DNA of 64,000 nucleotides, taken from assembly GCA_017354415.1 (NCBI GenBank), contig JAFMQY010000001.1, positions 28 through 64,027 on the forward strand, written 5' to 3'. Origin of the DNA: Nocardioides sp. GTDB taxonomy: Bacteria > Actinomycetota > Actinomycetes > Propionibacteriales > Nocardioidaceae. The number at the start of each line of letters is the position of its first letter. The stretch's first letter is position 1. Position numbers and translations under genes: made by a program. Positions 57,062-64,000 of this stretch are shown piece after piece. The notes under the pieces are model-generated. The model saw only the letters and a list, made by a program, of their open reading frames with translations, did no database searches and was not told the DNA's origin.

Positions 57062-57540
57062 ACACCGACACCACGTCGCAGACCGTCACCGCCACCACCA
57101 CCGTGGAGGTCCCGATCGACGAGGCTTTCCGCTTCTTCACCGAGGAGATCGGCTCCTGGTGGAACCCCGACCATCACATCATCGAGGCGCCCCTGAGCCA
57201 CATGGTGTTCGACCCGTTCGTCGGCGGGAACGTCTACGACGTGGGCACCGACGGCAGCGAGTGCCGGTGGTCGCGGGTGCTGGTCTACGACCGTCCCCAC
57301 CGGGTGGTCTTCACCTGGGACATCAACGCCCATTGGACCCTCGAGCCGGACCCCGACAAGTGCAGCGAGGTCGAGGTCGCGTTCACCGCCGACGGGCCCA
57401 CCGCCACCCGCGTCGTGCTGGAGCACCGCCATCTCGAGCGGCACGGCGACGAGATGCTGCCTCAGCTCGACGGCATCCGCAGCGGGTGGCAGGCGGGTGG
57501 GCTCGACCTGTACGCCGCGGCCCTCCAGCAGCGCGGGTAG
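57058..57540 (+). CDS. SRPBCC (AHSA1/START-like) family protein
   Basis: AFRFFTEEIGSWW, RVVFTW, SEVEVAF, TRVVLEHR. ATGA coupling. Confidence 0.88.
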   Translation: MNTDTTSQTVTATTTVEVPIDEAFRFFTEEIGSWWNPDHHIIEAPLSHMVFDPFVGGNVYDVGTDGSECRWSRVLVYDRPHRVVFTWDINAHWTLEPDPDKCSEVEVAFTADGPTATRVVLEHRHLERHGDEMLPQLDGIRSGWQAGGLDLYAAALQQRG

Positions 57541-57546
57541 GCGGGG

Positions 57547-58278
57547 TCAGCCCGGCAGCCCGAGGACCGGCACCCGAGCCGCGCGTCCGGGCTCGGGTCG
57601 CGGGTCGTAGTCGGGGGTCGGCCGGTACGGCGCCCACGCGAACAGGTCGGTGAGGTGCCGGCGCACGCTCGGCAGCACGTCGTACACGGTGACGTCGCGG
57701 CCGAGCTCGGCGGACAGCGAGGTCACCCCGGCGTCGGCGATGCCGCACGGGACGAACCGGTCGTACCACGAGAGGTCGACGTCGCAGTTCAGGGCGAAGC
57801 CGTGCATGGTCACGCCCTGGCTGACCCGGATCCCGATGGCCGCGATCTTGCGCTCGGGCCGCTGGTCGTCCGCCCGCAGCCAGACGCCGCTGCGGCCGGG
57901 CACGCGTGCCGTCTCCAGCCCCTGGTCGGCGCAGACGGCGATCAGCGCCTCCTCGATCCGGCGGACGTAGTCGACGACCTTGACGTGGTCGGGGAGCCGG
58001 ACGATCGGGTAGCCCACAAGCTGGCCGGGTCCGTGGAACGTGATCATGCCGCCGCGGTCGACGTCGATCACGGGGGCCCCGCCGGGGTCGGGGGGCCGGT
58101 CGCTGGGAGCAGTGCGCTTGCCGGCCGTGAAGACCGGCGGGTGCTCGAGCAGCCAGACGGTGTCGGGTGCCTCGCCCGCTGTGACGGCGGCATGGATCTC
58201 GCGCTGGGTCTCCCAGGCCGCCAGGTAGTCGACAGCGTGGTCGCCGAGGCCGCCCTCCCGGAACACCAGCTCGCTCAC
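57547..58278 (-). CDS. lipB: Lipoyl(octanoyl) transferase
   Basis: [47 protein letters not shown]. Confidence 0.96.
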   Translation of the reverse strand: MSELVFREGGLGDHAVDYLAAWETQREIHAAVTAGEAPDTVWLLEHPPVFTAGKRTAPSDRPPDPGGAPVIDVDRGGMITFHGPGQLVGYPIVRLPDHVKVVDYVRRIEEALIAVCADQGLETARVPGRSGVWLRADDQRPERKIAAIGIRVSQGVTMHGFALNCDVDLSWYDRFVPCGIADAGVTSLSAELGRDVTVYDVLPSVRRHLTDLFAWAPYRPTPDYDPRPEPGRAARVPVLGLPG

Positions 58279-59201
58279 GTACCCGACTCTAGGGCACGAC
58301 TCCCAGTCCGGAGCGCTTGCTGCGCGGGCCCCAATCCCCGCCCCACGAACGCCAGCTGGGCCGGCGCCATCCGGGTCCAGTATGCCGAGTCGTGCCCGCC
58401 GGGCTCGAACGTCGAGTTGATCGGCCGGGTGAAGCCGGCCACGTAAGCGCGGTCGGCCGGGCAGAACGGGTCGTCGGTTCCGCAGTCGACCCTGATCGGG
58501 ATGCCGTCGAGGTCCGCCTGATGGCCGAAGACCGTGTACTGCTGGTACTCCGCGGCGTCGACGAACCCGGACGGGGAGGCGTCCGCCGGGTTCACCCAGA
58601 TCGCGGCGCTCGACACCGCGACCGCGCGGACCCGGGTCGCGCCGGCGAGCGGCGCGAGCCGCAGTGAGCCGTAGCCGCCCATGGAGTAGCCGTGGAACGC
58701 GATCCGGTCCGTGACCAGACCGAGCTGGGCGAGCAGGGGGAGGAACTCGTCGAGGACCATCGCGCCGGCGTCCTCGCCGTTCGGGCGCGGGTGCCAGTAC
58801 GTCGTACCGCCGTCGACGCTGGCGACGGCGAAACGCGGAACCCCGGCCGCCACCGCCGCCGGGAGGAAGCGGTCGAGGCCGAGGGTGGTGATCGCACTGG
58901 TGTGGTCGCCGCCGAGGCCGTGCAGCTCCACCATCACGGGGATCTGCTCCGCCTCCGGTCCGGGGTAGATCACCGACCATCCGGTCGGGGCCCCGAGCCG
59001 ATGCGGCGAGTTGAACGACCCGCTGACGACCTTTCCCGGTGCGACGTCCGGGATGTGGCCGCTGGGTCCGGTCAGGCCGAGCTGTCGGCGGAGTCGGTGG
59101 CGCCCGGGTAGCCAGCCCTCGTCCACCGCCAACAGCGCGGTGGTCGCGCCGACGAGCGCGCCACCCGCGCCGCCCAGGAGTGAGCGACGCGAGATCGGCA
59201 T
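58275..59201 (-). CDS. Tat-exported alpha/beta hydrolase (esterase PF00756-like)
   Basis: [11 protein letters not shown] twin-arginine signal, GYSMGG nucleophile, DDPF, GGH. GTGA coupling to lipB. Confidence 0.82.
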   Translation of the reverse strand: MPISRRSLLGGAGGALVGATTALLAVDEGWLPGRHRLRRQLGLTGPSGHIPDVAPGKVVSGSFNSPHRLGAPTGWSVIYPGPEAEQIPVMVELHGLGGDHTSAITTLGLDRFLPAAVAAGVPRFAVASVDGGTTYWHPRPNGEDAGAMVLDEFLPLLAQLGLVTDRIAFHGYSMGGYGSLRLAPLAGATRVRAVAVSSAAIWVNPADASPSGFVDAAEYQQYTVFGHQADLDGIPIRVDCGTDDPFCPADRAYVAGFTRPINSTFEPGGHDSAYWTRMAPAQLAFVGRGLGPAQQALRTGSRALESGT

Positions 59202-59267
59202 GGCCCCACGGTAGGGGCCTGTGGACAGCCGCTGCGGGCGGCGGGCAGGAGCGGTCACAGTAGTGGG

Positions 59268-59798
59268 ATGCGGACTCGGTCGCCGGCGTTGCGGGCCGCG
59301 GTCGTCTGCATCCTGGTCACCGCGAGCACCGTAGGGGTGGCCCTGGTGGCGACCGGGCGGGACGCCGTACTCCCGGACCGGCCGCTGTCCATGGCGACGT
59401 ACCCGAGGAGTCCGGCGGTGCAGGCGCTCGAGGTCCTGCATGCCTGGGACCGTCGGCGCGCGTCCGCCTGGGCCACCGGCGACGTCCGATCGCTGACGAG
59501 GCTCTATGTCGTCGGGTCGCGCACCGGTGCTCGTGACGTTCGTGAGCTCCGGCGGTGGCGAGAGCGGCATCTGCGGGTCGTCGGCCTCAGCACGCAGGTG
59601 TCGGCGCTGCGCCTGCGACACCGCGCGGTGGCCCGGCTCACGCTAGTCGTCACCGATCGCACGGTCGGCGGCGTGGCGGTCCGCGGGCGACACCGGGTCG
59701 GGCTGCCGCGCAGCGCCTGGGCAACGCACCGGATCACGCTGCACCGCGTGGGAGGCACGTGGCGGGTCTCCGAGGTCCGGGGTCAGCCTGCGAGGTGA
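59268..59798 (+). CDS. Hypothetical membrane-anchored or secreted protein
   Basis: N-terminal hydrophobic helix. [13 protein letters not shown]...LY...WRV pattern suggests an NTF2-like fold (inference). Confidence 0.55.
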   Translation: MRTRSPALRAAVVCILVTASTVGVALVATGRDAVLPDRPLSMATYPRSPAVQALEVLHAWDRRRASAWATGDVRSLTRLYVVGSRTGARDVRELRRWRERHLRVVGLSTQVSALRLRHRAVARLTLVVTDRTVGGVAVRGRHRVGLPRSAWATHRITLHRVGGTWRVSEVRGQPAR

Positions 59799-62700
59799 CC
59801 CCAGCCCTCGGCCAGGTCACGCCACGGTCCGGAGGCGGCCACCCGGCCCTCGGCCAGCACCACGACGCGGTCCGCCTGGGCGAGTGCGGCGGCCTTCGAG
59901 GTCGCGCCGATCACGGTCGCCCCACGCTCGCGCAGTGCGGTCCAGAGCTCGACCTCGGTCGCCGCGTCGAGGGCCGACGACACGTCGTCGGCCAGCAGCA
60001 GCTCTGCGTCGCAGGCCAGCGCTCTGGCCAGCGCCAGGCGCTGCACCTGACCACCGGAGAGGCGTACGCCGCGGTGACCCACCACGGCGTCCGGGCCCCC
60101 GGCGTCGCTGACGTCGCGCTCCATCCGCGCCGTCTCCAGGGCCGGGAGCACCCGGCGCTCACGGTGGTCGAGCGCGACGTTCCCGGCGAAGGTCCCGGAC
60201 AGCACGCGCGGCACCTGAGCCACGTGGGCCACCCGACCCGGTCGCAGGTCGGCCTCGTGGTCGTGCAGCAGTCGGCCGTTCCACCGGATCTCTCCGGTGC
60301 TCGAGACCAGGCCGGCCAGGGCGCCGAGCAGGCTGGACTTGCCGGACCCGACCTGACCGAGCAGCAGCACGAGCTCGCCCGGCGCCACGCGGAGGTCGAT
60401 GTCGCTGACGCCGATGGTGCCGTCGTCGTGCACGGCGGTGAGGTCGGAGACGGTCAGCTCCTCGAGCGGGTCGACCACGGCCGGAGCGGGATCCGGGGCG
60501 GTGCCGGACACGAGGTGCACTCCCTCGGGAAGGTCCATCAGGTCTCCGCCGCCGGCCAGCTTGCTGGTGGCCCGCATCCAGGACCGGGTGCCGGGCGCCT
60601 CGGTGATCACCGACCCGGCAACCCGGCCGAACCAGTCGAATCCGGTGACGGCGCCGGCCACCATCAGGGCGGTGGCCAGGCCCCAGCCGCCTGCGACGTG
60701 GATCGCCCAGGCAGCGACCACGCCGACCTGCACCATCACGATCGGGACCCCGTCGAGCAGGGCCTGCACGCGGTGCTCACGGACGGCCGCGGCGACCCGG
60801 CCGCCGTCGACCGCTCGCAGGTGGGCGTGAACGTCGGGGGTGGCCGCGGCGAGCTTGACGGTGCGCACCGAGTCGAGGGCCGAGACCAGGGAGCGCCCGA
60901 ACCGGGCGCGTGCGGCGGACGAGGCGGCGGCCGACCGGCCGGCGACGCGACGCCCGAACGACGACGCGACCGCCGACGTCGTCATCACCGCAAGCAGCAC
61001 GGCTCCCGCCAGGACGGTGCCGGCGACGATCGCCGTGATCACCGCGATCGCGAGACCGTTCAGGAAGTCGACCCAGCGGTCGGCGTACCGCGCCATCCGG
61101 TCGGCGTCCATCGACCGGGCGACGACCTCGCCGGGCGGGGTGCGCTCGAGGCGGTGGGTGGAGGTCTGGCCCTGGAGCACACAGGTGCGCACCCGCAGCA
61201 TCACCGCGACCCACCACTGCGGGTAGATCAGGATGCCGATCGCGAGCAGCAGCGGCGCCACCATCAGCGAGACCACCATGACCCCGAGCAGGGTCACGGG
61301 CCGTTCTCCGGCCTGGAGGTCGGCGACCAGGTGACCCCAGACCCAGCCGGTGAGCGCGCCGAAGGCGCCGGTGAGGGCGGCGACCAGGAACAGGCCCATG
61401 CCCGCCAGTCCCCAGCGCGGCTCGATCAGCAGCGCATTCCGGGTGGCCCGGGCGAGACCCGGGATCGGCCGGAGCCGGGGCGGTGGCGGGGGAGTGCCCG
61501 TACGCCGACGGGTGCCGACGCTTCCGACCGCGAGCTCCGGAGACGCATCGCGGAGCGACGACTCTCGGGCGGAGGCGATGAGCAGGTCACGGAACGCACC
61601 GTCCTCATGCGCGAGCCGGTCGCGCGGCCCGTGCTGCACGACCCTGCCACCGTCGAGGACGGCGACCTGCTCGGCCCTCTCGGTCGTCGACAGCCGGTGA
61701 GCGACCAGCAGACCGGTGCGGCCCGCCAGCAGGCGGTCGGCGGCCGCGACGACGCGCGCCTCCGTGAGCGGGTCCATCCGGGCGGTCGCCTCGTCGAGGA
61801 CCACGACCCGGACGTCGCGCACGAGCAAGCGCGCGAACGCGACCAGCTGCTCCTCGCCCGCCGACAGGCTGGTGCCACCCGGGCCGAGCTGCGTGTCGAG
61901 CCCCTGGGGAAGGCCGTCCACCCAGGAGGTCAGCCCCAGCTCCTCCACCGCGGCGCTCACGGTCTCGCGCGGGATCTCGCCGAAGAGCGCGATGTTCTGC
62001 GCGAGGGTGCCGGCCATGATCTCGGTGCGCTGCGTGACGACCCCCACGGCGGCGCGCAGGAGCTGGAGGTCGAGATCGCGGACGTCGACGCCGCCCAGCA
62101 GGAGCGATCCGAGCTCGGGCTCCACGGCTCGCGAGAGCAATGAGGCGAGCGTGGACTTCCCCGAGCCGGTGCGTCCGACGAGCGCGCACGTCGTACCGGC
62201 GCGGACCGTGAGGTCCACCCCGCTGAGGGCGAAGGTGCCGTGCTCGTAGGCGAAGTGGAGGTCGGCGAACCGCACGGTCAGCGGACCGTCCGGCAACGCC
62301 CGGCCGCCCGTGGGCTCGGGGTCGGACGCCATCAGCCCGCGCAGCCGGATCACCGCCCCGAAGCCCTCCTGCAGGTCGGGCAGGTGCCGCGCCAGCTGGT
62401 CGATCTGGCCCACGAACATCGTGGTGACCAGGAACAGCGTCACCAGCGAGGACGTGGCGAGCCGGTCGTCGAGGACCAGTGCGACCCCCACCAGTGCCGT
62501 GCCGGCCAGCACACCGTGGAGCAGCATGCCGGTACGGCGGGTGATCTTCGCCTCCAGCGAGATCACGTCTGCGAACCGGTCGTGCACCAGACCGGCCAGC
62601 TCGGTGGTGCGGCGGATGACGTAGGGCTGCCCGAGGCTGGTGCGCAGGTCGTCTCGTGCCGCGACGCCCTCCTCCATGGCGGCCGCGTGGTCGGTCCACG

Positions 62701-63304
62701 CCATCTCCTCGAGCACCTTGCGCTGCGAGAGGGTCGGCAGGATCGTCCGCACCACGAGCAGCGCAGCGGCGCCCGAGGCCGGGAACAGCAGGAACGCCGG
62801 CCACCAGGTCAGCCCGGCCACCAGCCACAGCGGGCCCACGGCCAGGAACGTCCGCGTCGCCTGCCAGACGCTGAACCGCAGCAGGACTCCGACCTCGTGG
62901 GTGTCGTCGTCGACCCGGTCGAGCACCTCTCCGACCGCCTGCTCACTCAGCGCCGCGAGGGGCTGGGCCATCGCGGCGTCGAGCAGGTCCGCCCGCAGTC
63001 GGCCCTCGGCACGGTCGACGATCCCGGCCCAGAGGGTGCGGCCGACGGTGTCGAGCACGGCGGCGCCGACGACGCACATCGCCAGCAGGCTCACCAGCTC
63101 GGACGTCGGGTGCTCGGCCAGGTGGCCGGCGATGACCGACCCGGTCGACGTGCCGATGGCACCGATGAGCGAGCAGGTGAGCGCGAACCCGGCCAGCGGC
63201 GTACGCATCCGCCGCCAGTCCACCGGAACCCGATGGGGTGGCGTCGACTGCCGCGGGGGTGCTTCCGAGCGTGCGGCAGCAGAGGTGAGATCGGTCGTGG
63301 TCAC
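59783..63304 (-). CDS. Single-chain full-length ABC exporter (TMD-NBD-TMD-NBD)
   Basis: NBD1 GRTGSGKST/LSAGE/LDEAT/AHR. NBD2 GQVGSGKSS/LSGGQ/LADDV. AGAGGA RBS before GTG 63304. Confidence 0.9.
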   Translation of the reverse strand: MTTTDLTSAAARSEAPPRQSTPPHRVPVDWRRMRTPLAGFALTCSLIGAIGTSTGSVIAGHLAEHPTSELVSLLAMCVVGAAVLDTVGRTLWAGIVDRAEGRLRADLLDAAMAQPLAALSEQAVGEVLDRVDDDTHEVGVLLRFSVWQATRTFLAVGPLWLVAGLTWWPAFLLFPASGAAALLVVRTILPTLSQRKVLEEMAWTDHAAAMEEGVAARDDLRTSLGQPYVIRRTTELAGLVHDRFADVISLEAKITRRTGMLLHGVLAGTALVGVALVLDDRLATSSLVTLFLVTTMFVGQIDQLARHLPDLQEGFGAVIRLRGLMASDPEPTGGRALPDGPLTVRFADLHFAYEHGTFALSGVDLTVRAGTTCALVGRTGSGKSTLASLLSRAVEPELGSLLLGGVDVRDLDLQLLRAAVGVVTQRTEIMAGTLAQNIALFGEIPRETVSAAVEELGLTSWVDGLPQGLDTQLGPGGTSLSAGEEQLVAFARLLVRDVRVVVLDEATARMDPLTEARVVAAADRLLAGRTGLLVAHRLSTTERAEQVAVLDGGRVVQHGPRDRLAHEDGAFRDLLIASARESSLRDASPELAVGSVGTRRRTGTPPPPPRLRPIPGLARATRNALLIEPRWGLAGMGLFLVAALTGAFGALTGWVWGHLVADLQAGERPVTLLGVMVVSLMVAPLLLAIGILIYPQWWVAVMLRVRTCVLQGQTSTHRLERTPPGEVVARSMDADRMARYADRWVDFLNGLAIAVITAIVAGTVLAGAVLLAVMTTSAVASSFGRRVAGRSAAASSAARARFGRSLVSALDSVRTVKLAAATPDVHAHLRAVDGGRVAAAVREHRVQALLDGVPIVMVQVGVVAAWAIHVAGGWGLATALMVAGAVTGFDWFGRVAGSVITEAPGTRSWMRATSKLAGGGDLMDLPEGVHLVSGTAPDPAPAVVDPLEELTVSDLTAVHDDGTIGVSDIDLRVAPGELVLLLGQVGSGKSSLLGALAGLVSSTGEIRWNGRLLHDHEADLRPGRVAHVAQVPRVLSGTFAGNVALDHRERRVLPALETARMERDVSDAGGPDAVVGHRGVRLSGGQVQRLALARALACDAELLLADDVSSALDAATEVELWTALRERGATVIGATSKAAALAQADRVVVLAEGRVAASGPWRDLAEGWGHLAG

Positions 63305-63483
63305 GGTCCTCTGAAGGTACGGCGGACCACCGACCGACTTCCTCCGAATTTCCGAGGGCTCGGCCGAGCCTGCGAGGGCCGGAAGAGCGAGGATGGTGAG
63401 GAGCCTCCGACTCGGGAGCACGAAGAGAGGGGCCGAGTGGCGCGTCTCGAACCCAGGTGCGTGCTGAGGAAACGCCGGCTGGC

Positions 63484-63999
63484 TCAGCGGCGTTCGGCCA
63501 ACCCCGAGGCGATCACGCCGGTGACGTCGGGGTCGCGGAACTCGTATCCCGCGTCGAGCAGCGCCAGGGGCACCAGGTTCACCGACCCGAGCAGCTCCGG
63601 GGCGAGTGGCCCTGCGCCGACCCGGAGCAACGGCGAAGGCACCGGGACGAACGCCGGCCGACCGAGGGCCCGAGCCAGCGCCTGGGTGAACTCGGCATTG
63701 GTCGGCGTCTCGACACAGCACAGGTTGACCGGCCCGCTCGCATCCGGCTGCTCGGCCAGGTGTACGACGGCACCGACCCAGTCGCGGAGGGAGATGATCG
63801 GGAAGTACTGGCTTCCGCTTCCGATCTTGCCGCCGAGTCCCAGCCGGAAGACCCGGTGCAGGCTCCGCAGCGGCTCGGACGCCCTGTCCAGCACGGGCGC
63901 TGTCCGCAGCATGCAGACGCGGGCACCCGCTTCACGCGCCGGGATGGCAGCGGCCTCCCAATCCCTGGTCACCTCGGTCATCAAGGAGTGGCCGCGGCT
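63484..63999 (-). CDS. TIGR01777 family NAD-dependent epimerase (5' end outside the window)
   Basis: WEAAA, LRTAPVL, GLGGKIGSGSQYFPIISLRDW, GPVNL, TNAEFTQALARAL. Confidence 0.9.
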   Translation of the reverse strand, partial: SRGHSLMTEVTRDWEAAAIPAREAGARVCMLRTAPVLDRASEPLRSLHRVFRLGLGGKIGSGSQYFPIISLRDWVGAVVHLAEQPDASGPVNLCCVETPTNAEFTQALARALGRPAFVPVPSPLLRVGAGPLAPELLGSVNLVPLALLDAGYEFRDPDVTGVIASGLAERR

Positions 64000-64000
64000 G

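Noticed and set aside
59555-62143. 862-aa plus-strand ORF
   Set aside because: Antisense shadow of the ABC exporter.
63444-63454. GGGTTCGAGAC (minus strand) as a tRNA T-arm or att site
   Set aside because: No cloverleaf, acceptor stem or CCA can be built, and no integrase is nearby.

Overview
High-GC actinobacterial chromosome segment, probably Nocardioides-like (inferred from gene content). Core genes sit at both ends: a 5'-truncated glnE on the left, and glnA1 (with GlnR boxes), RDD, DUF4191, lipA, lipB and a TIGR01777 epimerase on the right. About 49 kb of accessory DNA lies between the convergent glnE and glnA. It carries a P-type ATPase/SHOCT module with a non-canonical ion site, two small secreted His/Met/Cys peptides, a Pls/PosA-type poly-amino-acid NRPS with M1 peptidase and PPTase, a ppk2-PiT-DUF3349 phosphate module flanked by two 81-aa paralogues, an MmpL-DUF2892 pair and an ABC-2 exporter. 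The strongest candidate for a new system is a complete accessory heme-copper oxidase locus (32.3-39.8 kb). Its subunit I is A-type with an intact D-channel, but the K-channel residues appear lost in both subunits I and II. It is co-encoded with a membrane-anchored cupredoxin of atypical H...CxxxC...M...M motif and has its own CtaB, TlpA, SCO and CtaG assembly genes. To its right are a two-component system, a molybdopterin oxidoreductase lacking all four Fe-S cysteines, and an HDO-CDGSH-methyltransferase operon divergent from a PLP decarboxylase under SigF/SigB-like promoters. I found no rRNA, tRNA, CRISPR array, integrase or transposase. All family calls come from motif recognition by eye, not database searches.
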